This document shows positions 43,415-56,950 of a stretch of DNA of 64,000 nucleotides, one piece after another. The notes under the pieces were generated by a model that had not been told where the DNA came from, made no database searches, and worked only from the letters and a program-made list of their open reading frames with translations. Origin of the DNA: Eledone cirrhosa (lineage: Eukaryota); NCBI GenBank assembly GCA_964016885.1, contig OZ024741.1:90644001-90708000 (forward strand), given 5' to 3'. The translations under genes and the position numbers were made by a program. Within the stretch, counting starts at the first letter, position 1. Each line of letters opens with the position of its first letter.

Positions 43415-45785
43415 CATTGCTTCCCAACCAGGGGGCCATGGCCCACCAGTGGGCCATAGCAAATTATTGGGGGAGCCACTGGAATTAACTAAAAATCACA
43501 AAATTTCATACATAAAAAAGAAGAGTAGTTTCCTAACATAATTTTTTCTTTTTCTTGCTTCAAATTTTTATATTTAACTTTTTATCAACTTTCTACCTTT
43601 TCTAATTATGATTTTACTTCACTTGATAGTTATTTAAATCTGGATATAACAATTTATGTTTTAGTAAAGAAACTTATTTTTATAACAGGATATATATTAT
43701 TTATTTTAGTAAATTTCTCATTGACAAAATTACTCTGACTATTTTGAAGTACTTTTCATTATTTATTTTAGTAAATTTATCATTTAAAACTGGATATAGA
43801 AACTTTTTTTTATTTATTTTAGTGAATTTCTCAATGTCAGAAAAACAGAAAAAAAGAAAGTATGATGATACATATCTTCAAATGGGATTTGTTTGCATGC
43901 AAAAGAACAATATTGATTTGCCTCAATGTGTAACTTGTTTCAAGGTACTGACTATGAGGCCTTCTAAGCTCAAATTACATCTTTCAAAATGTCACTCTAA
44001 CTACTTGGAAAAGATGAATCTTTTTTTAAAAGGAAATCAGATGGTTTAAAAAAATCAAAAGCTTGATGTAAGTGGTACTATTCATGAGACCAAGGCCACT
44101 ATTGTTGAAGCTTCCTATTGTGTTGATTATCTGATTGCTCAACAAAAGAAGGCACATTCGATTGCTGAGGAACTGATTTTGCCTTGTGCCAAAGAGATGG
44201 TGAAACTTGTTGTTGGAGAAAGTGCTTCAAAGAAGTTAAATGATATATCCTTGTCAAATAACACGATAAAACGAAGGATAAATGATATATCGGAAGATTT
44301 GAAGGATCAAATCGTTGAGCAAATTAAGGATTCACCATGGTTTGCATTGCAGCTTGATGAATCAACTGATGTTTCCATGTGTTATCAACCCATAGTCTTC
44401 TGTCGCTATTTGTTTAATGGTCATATGAAAGAAGAGTTTCTTTACTGTCATTCGCTGGAGGGCACAACAAAAGCTGTCATGGAATCAATTTCTACATTTA
44501 TTGACAAGCAAGGAATTCTTTGGCAACGTCTCATAGGCATAACAACAGATGGAGCACCAGCAATGCTTGGATCAAGATAAAGCACCACAAGTAGTAGGAG
44601 TACATTGCTTCATACACAGGGAAGCCCTTGCATCAAAATCATTGCCTCAAAAATTAAATAATTTCTTCAAAGACATTGTCAAAATTGTAAATTTTATCAA
44701 ATCATCAGCTCTGAATACTCGTTTGTTCAAACAACTTTGTGATGACCTGGGAACAAAGCATACAAATCTTCTTTACTACACAGCTGTCCGTTGGTTGTCA
44801 GCTGGTCAATTTTTGGAAAGGTTTTTCTCGCTTAGCAATGTGGTGAAAAAGTTTGTTGAAGAGCAAAAGAAGCAAGATATTCTGGAAACATTTCAACATG
44901 ATCAATTTGACCTTCTTGCTTATCTTGTTGACATTTTCGACATACTCAATAGTTTGAATTTAAAGTTGCAAGGGAAAATTTGCAATATTCTGTCACATAC
45001 AGATACTATCCGTGCTTTTCTAGGAAAATTAGTATTATACAAGCAAAAGGTTCACCAAGGTAATGTTATAATGTTTCCAAAAATGACATCTATTCTAAAT
45101 GGAGAGCAACTCCCAATGACCACAGAACTTGAAATAACAGAGCATCTGTCACAACTTGAGGATGAGTTTCAGAGGTACTTCCCAGTTCTAAGTTAACAAA
45201 ATCTTGAGTTGACAAGAAATTCCTTTCTTTGTGATGTGGGAGTTGTACCAGAAGCTGCTCAAGAAGAATTCCTTGAACTAATTAATGACTCAACAGCAAA
45301 GAATTTGTTTAAGACAGAAGAATTGAATGAATTCTGGTGTTCTATGAAAGTGTCCTACTCAAGAATAACTGACATGGCGATCTATGTGTTGCTGCCATTT
45401 TCATCTACTTATCTATGTGAGAGCGGGTTCTCTGCTATGTTAGGAAATCAAAGGCAAGAAACAAATTGGCAGTTGAAGATGACTTGAGGTGTGCTCTTAC
45501 CTCTATTCTTCCAAGATTCCAGAAACTAGTTGAAAACAAACAATTACAGAAATCTCATTAATTTGTTCTTTGAAATTAAATAATGTTCTTATTTTAATGT
45601 TTTTTGTTGAAAAAGGGTTTATAATAAATTTTAAATGATTTGATTGAAATAAAAAGACATGCCGAAATTATTTCTACATAAAAAAATTATATCAAAAATT
45701 ATATCAAAAATTTATTTTTGGGAAGGCCATACTGTTTTGCTATATCATTAAGGTGGAATTTATTATAAAAGTTTGGGAACCGCTG
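43415..45785 (+). mobile_element. hAT (Buster/Charlie-type) DNA transposon, full length, decayed
   Basis: 8-bp TSD CCATAGAT (43407-43414 / 45786-45793, central TA typical of Buster); imperfect TIRs CATTGCTTCCCAAC / GTTTGGGAACCGCTG. Confidence 0.9.
43834..45561 (+). pseudogene. Buster-type hAT transposase, frameshifted
   Basis: RKYDDTYLQMGF, PQCVTC, LSNNTIKRRI, LQLDESTD, TTDGAPAM, HCFIHREAL, VRWLS, LPFSSTYLCESGFS spread over four ORF pieces. Confidence 0.9.
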
Positions 45786-46210
45786 CCATAGATCAAACGC
45801 GTTTTGTGACTATAACCCAATTCTAATGCTTATGCTATTGTGTCTTTATGTGCCTGTGAAATTATACCCTTAACTACATCTGCAGCCTACTGTATTTAAA
45901 ACCGTCACGGTCCTTGTAAACACGTGTTTTCCTGGTTTTCGTTGTTATTGACTTTTGTATGAAATCCACGTGTTGTCTATGCATTCTATTCTCGGCCCTT
46001 CCAAAGTCGAATAATTAATTAATGTTATTTTGAAACCATGAATTCATTTCGTGTATTATTGAGTGTTGCTCTGACAAATTCAGATGATTCGACTCGTGTT
46101 ACCAAATATATATTCACTTCTATTTATGAATATATTTCCATAATTAGTCGAGGGATTTGAAATGTGAATTTATTTCATCATTTCAAATCGAACTTTACTG
46201 TTAGAGGGCC

Positions 46211-46385
<175 letters not shown>

Positions 46386-46489
46386 TAAATATGTATAATC
46401 AAACAATCAATGGCTTATGAATCTAATGTTACGTAAGAAAATGTCTGGCAAACACTTAGGTTTTCTTTTTTATCACGGATACCTATATT

Positions 46490-46765
46490 CAAGGGCCCTG
46501 TTTCAGGGGGGTACCAGGGGACAAGTCTCCCCCACTGTTTCAAACGTCTATATTAATTTTTTTGTTTATTTGATATAATAAATTCTTTTTAAGCTTATTT
46601 TTTTTTTATATCTGAACTCCATTTGAATATATAAAATTTAATTAGCGTAAAATGTTACTTATGTGATAGGGTCCGGGTAAGGCACCATAAGCAATTTATG
46701 CTCCTTTAAGAATCAACAAATGTTGGTTTGTCCCCCTCACATTTTTAAGGCAAACGAGGCCCTTG
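46490..46765. mobile_element. hAT-type MITE (276 bp)
   Basis: TSD CCTATATT (46482-46489 / 46766-46773); TIR CAAGGGCC..GTTT / AAAC..GGCCCTTG. Confidence 0.85.
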
Positions 46766-47693
46766 CCTATATTGAATAAGAATTTTGTTGATATCTTCAA
46801 AAACATAGTGAAGGCGCGTCACCTAGTATTTAGGGTTTTGGACTCAAGGCTGTGTTATGTTCTTGATCAAAATAATTTATTCCACGTTGCTCTTACTGCC
46901 AGAGGTTACGACCGCCAGATAATATCATCAATGGAAAAAAGAAAAAAAAACTATAGAAACATTGTTTCCTTTGTCTAATCTGACGATCGGCTCCTTTCCT
47001 TTCCTTTTCCTTTTTTCAAACACCACGCAATCTAGTCTTCGCAGGGTTCATGAAACACTTTAAAATTCGTACCGTTTTGCGAAACATTAAAAATTGATGC
47101 GAACTATAATTGATATTAGAAAAAGGAAGGACGCTTAATCCCTGCTGGAGTCGTACGGGCGCCGTTCTGACCCATATGGCGTCTCATAGGCATTTTAAAG
47201 CTGGCGGCATTTATCCTACCCAGGTCTGAACACAGCCAAATTCTTCCAGAGAAGGAAAGAAAATGATAAAGAGAAATAGTCTTAATCGATTTCAATACTT
47301 TATTTATTGACTTTAAAATGATGAACGGCAACGTTGGTAGCATTTGAAATGAGAGTGCAATGAGCTGGAATAAATACCGAAGTATTTAATCCGACGCTAT
47401 AACAACACTGCCAATTTGCTGCCTTAATTTGTAATACATTTCTTATAAAGGCTAAATCGGATTTGTACATTTAGACTAAGAAGATTTTTACATTTAAACA
47501 AAACAGGAATAAAGTGTATATGGAAGAGGATAAACTATAATCTCTGTTATTTATATATTTTTATCCTCTTTTATGTAGTCACTATATTAACATAAAGTTT
47601 TTTTTATTTTGCTTTCAGGATGTAAACAAATATGTACAGCTTACTCCCTGATGTTTATAAAATCAGTATCCACTATTGGAGCAATATCAATTA

Positions 47694-48000
47694 CAGTGTA
47701 CCACCGGTATTCGCGGATCCGACAGTCCCGTTTATTGGCGGAATTTTTCCTTAGAACCTAACTAATAATTGTTCGTGGAAACCGCCGCATATCTGTGGAA
47801 TCGTAAATATCTTCGTGATTTTTTTATGGCATTTTAGGTGGCAATATAAATTTTTTCACACTAAATTATTAATAATATACCGTATTTGCAGGCCTATATT
47901 TTACGTTATGTTTTGACGTTCATAGACATTTTAATGGAACACGATCAATATTCGCGGTTTTTCACTTTTCGTAACCACCGCGAATACTGGAGGACAACTG
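47694..48000. mobile_element. Tc1/mariner (pogo/Tigger-like) MITE (307 bp)
   Basis: TA on both flanks; imperfect TIRs CAGTGTACCACCGGTATTCGCGG / CCGCGAATACTGGAGGACAACTG. Confidence 0.75.
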
Positions 48001-48331
48001 TATATTGTAAGAATATAGGAACGATCAACATGACATAAACACACTCATGCATTGCTGTCCACATCCACCCTCATGATGACACCTTTCTACTTTCCCCAGG
48101 GGGCCCATGGTAGCATTGCGGAAGCCCACTGTAGTTCTTTAGGGGCCAATGCTTTGTTTTCAAAAAATATCTTTTAAAAAAAGTCTTAAAGAAAGAATAA
48201 AAATATTTTAAAAGTAAGTAAAACAATTAAGTGAAGGAAAAATAGAAACCAAAATATATGATAGTGGTGGCAGTTGGAATCACTCTAGTTTACTGTATTC
48301 ACGCATGCATACATAGACACACACACATACA

Positions 48332-48391
<60 letters not shown>

Positions 48392-49087
48392 TATATTGCA
48401 AATTATAGATAAATTAAGCAATATTTCAACATATTGGTATGCAATTTTTATTTCCTAAAAATAGTTCAAAATGCTTTTTTGCACTCGATTGCTCGCAATT
48501 TTTTTTTCAATCAAAACCTCGATCTCAGAGAGAGTATAATTTTCAAAATTTTCAAACGATTGCATCATATAAGATCGTACAGTCAACAAAGCATTTATTC
48601 CTTCTTTTCCAGAGATCTAAAATATTGATAATAGATTAAAGTTATGTTAGATACCTATGGACATTCATATTATAAATATAAAAATAACATACTAACCTTT
48701 AAGTAATCGATATTTTTTGAGTAATGGATAAAGCAGAGCGTTTCAAAGACATTTTTATGACACAATGAATTATTATTTTTGTATTTTCATATATTAAACT
48801 TTAAATTGCTTTTAGAATGGTTGTATAAATGACATCATCGCATTTCATTTTGAATCGTTTTAAAAAGGTTATGTTACATTATAAGCCCAATTTACTTTAC
48901 GGTATTCATTATACTTTTATTCGGACTAAATTATATAGAAAATATATAAACGGGAATTGATTATGCTATACTCTTATGCGAACTATATTCTTATCCGAAT
49001 AACTCTTAAGCGGACGCATGCACTGTACAAAAAATAGTACATAAATTCGGGAATTGTTTATGCTATACTCTTAAGCGGACTCGACTG

Positions 49088-49150
49088 TATATATATATAT
49101 ATACACACACAAATATATATATGTATTTATATATACATATATATATATAC

Positions 49151-49243
<93 letters not shown>

Positions 49244-49287
49244 TATATATATATATACACACATATATACAATATATATATATACAC

Positions 49288-49328
<41 letters not shown>

Positions 49329-49343
49329 CATACATATATATAT

Positions 49344-49416
<73 letters not shown>
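49088..49416. repeat. (TA)n/(CA)n microsatellite
   Basis: Direct reading. Confidence 0.95.
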
Positions 49417-49419
<3 letters not shown>

Positions 49420-49628
49420 GGAAAAAATGAAACGAAATGAAACTAGTACAGCGTTCCTTTGTCAGTGTTGAACAAATGAGCAACGATGGTTGCTAGACAC
49501 TACGGCTTAATACGGGATGTTTGTTTACAAACACACCGAGCATTATAATAAATGTTCGGTGAATCCATACGTACATATATATATGTGTGCATGTATGTAT
49601 TTATATATACATACTACTGTACGTCTGT

Positions 49629-49708
<80 letters not shown>

Positions 49709-49727
49709 CGCATATATATATATATAT

Positions 49728-49782
<55 letters not shown>

Positions 49783-49796
49783 CATATATATAGTGA

Positions 49797-50010
49797 AGGC
49801 GTGTGGCTGAGTGGTAAGAGAATTGGATTCGCAATCGTGAGGTTGTGAGTTCGATTCCTGAACCAGGCGATGCGCTATGTCCTTGAGCAAGACACTTTAA
49901 TTCACGTTGCTCCTTCTACCTGGAGTTGCGACCGATAGATAGTATTAGCAATTGGAAAGATCAACCGAAACATTGTTTCCTCGGTCCGATTTGACGAAAG
50001 TCGATCGTTC
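49797..50010 (+). mobile_element. tRNA-derived SINE (family S2)
   Basis: TGGCTGAGTGG A box, GAGTTCGATTCC B box, tgtccttgagcaagacact core; inverted copy at ~60870-61045. Confidence 0.8.
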
Positions 50011-50053
50011 CTAAAAAAAAAAAATACATATGTATATATATATATATATATAC

Positions 50054-50119
<66 letters not shown>

Positions 50120-50264
50120 TAATTATATATATGTCGTGGGTGTTTTTTGCAAATTCCACCACCTTAACCACTAATTGAATTTACATGTCTTTAACCCATT
50201 GATGTCAAAATTATATGGCCAGCAGCTTGTGTGTATGTGTAGGTATATATTTATATATATATAA

Positions 50265-50302
<38 letters not shown>

Positions 50303-50306
<4 letters not shown>

Positions 50307-50510
50307 GAAGGAAATGTTGGAAAGGAACCAGGTGGACCATAACGCACCAGAGTACTCGACACTTAGGGTAGTAGAGTGGGTAATAGGAAAAGAGTTAGAA
50401 CCCCGACGACTGAGCTCCGGCTGTTTCGACAGCTAGATCTGAAAGACAGTTTGATCAAATCTAACTGTCGAAACGGCCGGAGCTCAGCCGCCGGGGTCTG
50501 ACTCTTTTCT
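50303..50510 (-). mobile_element. Penelope-like terminal fragment related to 43065-43188, folded back
   Basis: Reverse complement of 43065-43188; ~50-bp arms at 50387-50438 / 50459-50509; flanked by (TA)n. Confidence 0.75.
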
Positions 50511-50547
50511 TATATATATATGCGGGTGTGTGTGTCTATAATTAGTA

Positions 50548-50589
<42 letters not shown>

Positions 50590-51223
50590 AAGCAAGGGGA
50601 AGAAGAATACTGCATGGTTGCACATGGATTACATATTATAAAAATTAGTCCCTCATCAGTGATTTTGCCAACCATCATTGGTATTTCATCGCATTAAAAA
50701 TCAGATACCTCAGGTTGGTGCCAGCAATAACTAAAATAAGCTATTGGGACAAGTGAAACGCGTAAAGCGAGTGAGACAAGTAAACAGCAGAAGGAAAAGC
50801 AAACCGAAGGTTGGAAAACAGCAAGCCACATGATAGTTATCCGATCAGCATAAGCTGGGTGAATTTCATGAACGGTCAGAGAAGCAGACCGTACGTCGTG
50901 AATGCGGTGTGAGAAAGAAGGAACCCCACTACTAGCGAACGGGAGGAAGTGAGAAGGGGGAGAAACAGAGAGTGAGTGAGTGGAAGTGCGAGGAAGAGGT
51001 CAGTCGAGAGAAAACGTGTAACTGACAGAGAGGGTGAAGAAGGTAAGAGAAACAGAGAGAACGAGGGAGCAGTAAGAGAGAAAGAGAGAAACAGATAATC
51101 GCAGTTTAGTTAAATCATATATGAAAAACTATATACATACACACATACACAAACATACATACAGAGGAGAGAGAGGGAGAGATGAAGAGAGAGAGAGATG
51201 AGAGAGAGAGAGATGAGAGAGAT

Positions 51224-51254
<31 letters not shown>

Positions 51255-51925
51255 AAGGCACATATACACACACATATATATATTATATATATACAATTCT
51301 TCGGTCTAAAATCCTTAGGGAGAATGAGTCCCCAAGTTGAAAACATCTATATATATATATATATACATATATATAAATCTATATATACACATGTACATGT
51401 ACACACATACACACACTCCAGGTATATATATATATATTGAGTGAGTGTGAAAGACCAAAGGTCTTTGGATGTGTATATTTCGCAAAGTACTTTATATCTT
51501 TTATTGGAGAAGATAAGAACGGTCACTTTCATACATTCACAATAATCTAAAAATTCAATTATAACATTCTGTATTAACATTTGGTATTACTGCATACTGT
51601 CAGTAATATATACACTATATATACACTATAATTAGTAAAAAATACACATTTTTCCAAAAAATTTGATTACACTGATTTGTTTTCACTTACGTATTTTTTT
51701 AAAATGTTATATATTCATTATAAATTTAAATGATAGCATTCTATATATGGGTGGGACCCCTTTTACTCCTGGCAACCAATACGTTTAGAGCCAGTTCGCC
51801 ACTGTATACATACATACAAATAAACAAACAAACTACATACCTGCACGCACAAACACTTGTAAAGATAATAGATATGATTAAGTCTGGAATAGCGAGAATA
51901 TTTAAGAAACGAGCTTACACTCTAC

Positions 51926-52057
<132 letters not shown>

Positions 52058-52184
52058 ACAAGAATATATACATATATATATATATAATCTCGGGTACTTT
52101 ACCCGCCCTAGATATATATATAATAGTAGAACACTGGGGGGTTACATCCGTAGTAATAGAGCACTCAGTCCATGGGACGAGTTT

Positions 52185-53130
52185 AGTAGAAGTATTTCCA
52201 CAACAGTTAGTTCACCATACTGAGAACAAATGTTTCACCTTATTCGGATCCCCAGCTCGGTCTAAATGAAAACTAATGTAGGAAACATTTTTTTAGCTCT
52301 CTTAGATAGACACTTCCCCATAGGTCACAAATACCGCTCCATCTTTAACAGACACAGGATGAAACTAAGATACTGCTGTGCTAAGGATATGAAGGCTCAC
52401 ATAACCAACAGCCCTAAGAGCAGCACCCCACCAGGATGCTCTTGCCGAAAGCTTGAAGCCTGCCCCCTTCAACAACAATGCAATACACCCGCTGTAATTT
52501 ACGAAGCTGTGGTCACTTCCAACCGACCAAAATACAACAGGAGGTTAAATCCTATTTAGGTATGGCGGAGGGCCGGTTTCAGGAACGCTTCCTGAACCAT
52601 CAATCGACCTTCAGATACCCGGACAAACGATCGTCCACGAAACTCGCGAGCTACGTATGGTCCCTCAAAGACTGAGGCGTCGATTACTCCATCCAATGGA
52701 AAGCTATCACTAAGTCTACAGCCATACGCAACGGAGAATCCGTCTTGTGGGCTGTGCATTGAAGAAAGGATCAATATCCTGAGAGATAACGTAATAGCGA
52801 TTGCCCAAATTCAAAGATTGAATTTTTCTCACGTTGTCCACACGTCTGGAAATACCTATTACATAATTACAATGCTCCAGATTGACTAACATCAACAATC
52901 CATAATATTCTGATAACACGAATAATTTATTCCGGGTATCCACATTTATCTCCCTCACATCGATCTATTATGGGTTACCTCCCCCAGGAGAAATGACTGT
53001 TTCTGCACATGCGTATTCGTACAGTTGTGTTTCCTTTCCGTACAACTTCATGTAGACCGAGCTGAGGATCCGAATAAGGTGAAACATTTGTTCTCAGTAT
53101 GGTGAACTAACTGTTGTGGAACTACTTCTA
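52185..53130 (+). mobile_element. 5'-truncated Penelope-like element (GIY-YIG domain) with inverted copy of its 3' end
   Basis: CSC..CPL..C..VIYEAVV, YLGMAEGRFQERFLNH, LASYVWSLKD, CGLCIEE; 52186-52270 is the reverse complement of 53047-53130. Confidence 0.85.
53056..53098 (+). ncRNA. Minimal type I hammerhead ribozyme
   Basis: GAG-CTGAGGA-tCC gaataa GGt-GAAAC-attt-GTT-CTC. Confidence 0.55.
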
Positions 53131-53149
53131 TATATATAATATAATATAT

Positions 53150-53201
<52 letters not shown>

Positions 53202-53205
53202 GAGG

Positions 53206-53286
<81 letters not shown>

Positions 53287-54889
53287 TATATGAAAACATA
53301 TAAACAAAATAATACGTTTGTATACAATAAACATATGGGTGGCAAAGAAAAATATTTCCTCGTAACGGAACGAAAACAATTTTATTTTTCTCTAAATATA
53401 GTATAGAATTGTCAGTATGTTTTGAGAATGTCAGGCACCACTGTTTCAAGATTTCTTAATCTTTCGTCAGTGACACTCACTAAGAACGCACTGGTATACA
53501 ATAGACTATAGTCAATATAGAATTGTGTGTGATGATTACTTTCTGGATATGCTCATTTATATAGCAAATAGAAAACATCGATGGAAATGGTCATTTGCAT
53601 ATAGTGCGATCTTTGCTGGTTATATTGTCTGACATTCTCAAAACATACTGGCAACTCTATAATATATTTTTGCCAGCATAGTGGAATGGAGCAATGTGAA
53701 ATATAGTATCTTGCTCAAGTAATCGACACACCACCGGGAATCAAATTCCCGACCTGGCAATTGTAAATCGAACAGCCCAGCCATTACGTCATTGGGTTCC
53801 AGAGACTGTAATGCATTGGGGTAAAACCAGCTTCAAGGAGCACAACGCTCTCCTCGTTACTGACAGGCATCCAAACCTTAAGTCAACGTAGAAGATTCTA
53901 CGGCGTTACTCAACTGGTTGCCATTTGCAGCAAAAATTCCATCAAATTGTAATTTAACGTCTTCCAATGAGTGGGGCACATTATATAAAATATCATGGAT
54001 ATCTTTATATTTGAAAACAAACAAATAAACAAAAATGACAGACAGGCAACGCTGAGCTGAATGTGATTATAAAACTGCTTATTCAGAGTTGATCTCCGTT
54101 AATCATCAACAACAAAAATATTCGCAGTTGAACGAAATGACACAACCCGAACGGAAAATGTGTTTCAGATTGTGCTCGCTAGAAACTGAAGCTAGAAAAC
54201 AACCGGTGTATTTTTGTAAATATAATAAAAGGCCGAAAGTAGAGTGACCAGGTACACAGACAAGTGAGATTATTGCGGCTGTTTCCCCGCTTGAACATCT
54301 GAAAGTTGATGCTCGCAGGAAAAAAAAAAGAAAAAAAATGAAGAGCATATAGGGAACGAGGAATCGGGTAAGGATTTTCACAGAAGAGTGAAATTCATTA
54401 ATATATGTATTGTTGTAGTTGTTGCTATTTAGGTCCAGGTTTTAGCAGATCGAAGACTGTCTTGTAGCCATTATCATCCCTCCTTATTTCCAGAACACTC
54501 GTACTTTATCCAATGTGGCTTTCATCTTTTATAAGATGGTGAGGTGTGATTTAAAAGGGATTTGACTGCTATTTCTAACAGATAAAAAGTGACAACGTAG
54601 TCACTCCCTCATTAGTAGTTGGTTATGTGGGTCGTTATAGTATAGAGTGGAGTGCTAGATCTTTCGCCTAACGCTTTCAATCTATAAATTTCTGCGATTC
54701 TGTCACAACACGTAAAGAGAGAGGAGTAGTTTGACTACCTCATACTACTCCTCTCTCTTTACGTCTGTTGCCGGATGAATGTATGTGTATGTAAAAGGAA
54801 AGAAGGGGATGGTGAACAAAATACGCTGTGTGTGAATGTATGTCTATGCGTGTGTGTTTGTGTAAATCTTTCACTATTATGAGGAAATG

Positions 54890-55025
54890 GGGACACATGC
54901 GCTGGCCACCCCGCGGCCCCGGCGGACAAAATAGGGAAGGCGTTTCCCCGGAGGATAGTGAGGGAGACGCGCTGGAAGAGCCATTCCAACTCGCAAGGTT
55001 CACATCTGCGAGTAGCAAACTCTGT
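54890..55025 (-). mobile_element. Short CRE-like 3' fragment
   Basis: EWLFQRVSLTILRGNAFPILSA. Confidence 0.7.
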
Positions 55026-55949
55026 GCTGGGAATGTCTGCATAAATAACATGTAAATGTCACTGACCTCCTAAAAAAATAAACCGGTCTGTGAGAATAAT
55101 TTGTTTTTATTTTTTATTTTATTTATTATTTTATTTTTCAAAAATTATAATTCGAATGAAGACAAAATGAAAACACGAAACATTCCACAAACAAGCAGTG
55201 TATGGACGACGGTGAGAATATGATTACCTTGAAAATTCATTGATTTAGTCAAAGCAGATGTGAGAATAATATCGAAAATCGGTGAACAAATAATAATTCT
55301 ATAAACTTCTATAAATTATTCAAGGTAAATGGAAAAAATGTCTGAAAGGTTGGTTTTGTGAAGAAATACAGAGAGAGAAGCGGGCAACGGGCGGAAAGGG
55401 AGAGATAGACGAAAACGGGGCAGAAACACATACAGAGTGACGTGGAGACGGAAAAAGAGACGGAGAGACAGAGAGTGAGAGGAAGGAAGAGAGAGAGAGG
55501 AAGATGGAGTGAGGAAGAAAGAGGGAGGAAGAAAGAGAGGAGGAAAGACAGAGGAAGAAAGAGAAAGGAAGAGAGAGGACGAGAGAGGTGTTCTGTCCAG
55601 CGACAACAGTCATATACGTGTATACACATATACGTATTTTTCTAAGGTGAGAGTCAAATTCTTTTAAAGTTTTTTTTCCTTCTATCTCTTTCACGTCGTG
55701 TGTTGCGTCCTTCCTCACCACACCTCCCATGCTGCTATGCCAATAGTCATAGCATTCCATTCGTATGGTCAAGGAGGAAGAGGAAAGGTGGAGAGAAGAG
55801 ATCAGGCAGAAGTGGAGCACAGGAGAGGACTGTCAGCAGCAGCAGCAATAGTGAACTGAAACATGTGTACGTGTGAGCGTTGATGTTCTTCTATCTATTT
55901 CACTCATTGCCTCCGTCTCTCTCGCCCTCTCCATCTCTCACTATTATAT

Positions 55950-56480
55950 GCAAATGAGAGCCCACGCGCTGGTCGACCCCGCGGTCCCGGCGGACTGACT
56001 AGAGAAGGCGTTTCCCCGGAGGATAGCGAGGGTGACGCGTTGGAAGAGCCATTCCAGCTAGCGAGTCTCACACATGCGGGTAACCAACTACGTACCGATG
56101 GTGGTGAGTAGGGTGGTGGTGCTAGGGAAAAAGACACAAGAGGTCTCCACTGCTACGGGCTCCATCGCAAACCTGTTGGAGTGACTGATATTTGGTGTGT
56201 TTACCCTCCTCGGCCTGATGTGCAGCAGAGACTGGATTAGTTACAGACTGCACCAAGTTGCCGCCGAAGAAAGTGTCGCTGCATGTGGCATCCAGATGAA
56301 GTGTTTACCACTGCGGAACGGGTAGACGGTCATAATCTAGTCTTTTGTCGTCCCCTCGGTCCAGCCCCACCGGCTCGAGCTGGGATGGGAAGCCTGCAAC
56401 AACCAAGCCATGCTTTATAATCTCGTTGAGAGCAGCATGGCGTGGGAGGCGACTGGCATGTAGCGACAGGACAGCAGGGG
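55950..56480 (-). mobile_element. CRE-like RLE fragment
   Basis: Nucleotide similarity to 28180-28615 (gtcccctcggtccagccccacc..ctcgagctggga). Confidence 0.8.
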
Positions 56481-56671
56481 GAGGGATAGTTGTGATAAAA
56501 GCTTAAGTTAAAACACCGAGTTTCAAAATTTGATCAACTTTTATTTGAAGCTATTTTTTTCTTTACTAATTTGAAATAAACTAAAAGAAATGGTGTAAAG
56601 ATTGGACTCTCAATAATGTGGTCTCAGCGTGAATCCGAGTATAAAGTTTCTCACTATCATTTATAAAATAC

Positions 56672-56854
56672 AATTGTTTCTACTTTTGGCACAAGGCCAG
56701 CAATTAATCAGTGCATTACTAGTACTTTATTTTATCGACCCCGTAAGGATGAAAGGCAAAGTTAACCTCGGCGGGATTTGAACTCAGATCATAAAGGGCC
56801 GTAACTCTATGCTGCAAAGCATGGCGTCAGACCTTCTACCGATACTGCCAATCC
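56672..56854 (-). mobile_element. tRNA-derived SINE (family S1)
   Basis: Near-identical to 30114-30300. Confidence 0.85.
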
Positions 56855-56867
56855 CCAGTATAATAAT

Positions 56868-56950
56868 TGATTTTACTTTTGGCACAAGGCCAGCAATTCC
56901 TCAGTATATTACTGGTACTTTATTTTATCGACCCCCATAAGGATGAAAGG
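56868..56950 (-). mobile_element. 5'-truncated S1 SINE with 13-bp TSD
   Basis: CCAGTATAATAAT at 56855-56867 and 56960-56972. Confidence 0.8.

Noticed and set aside
43744-45561. Domesticated host gene (ZBED8/SCAND3/FAM200-like)
   Set aside because: TIRs, 8-bp TSD, frameshifts and stops show a decayed transposon.
49797-49870. tRNA gene
   Set aside because: A/B boxes only; it continues into SINE core and lacks a proper cloverleaf.
49063-49890. YI/CV/SL/poly-E/K repeat 'proteins' here and at 31.4k, 33.8k, 35.4k, 43.1k, 51.7k, 53.1k, 59.1k, 62.6k
   Set aside because: Translations of microsatellites.
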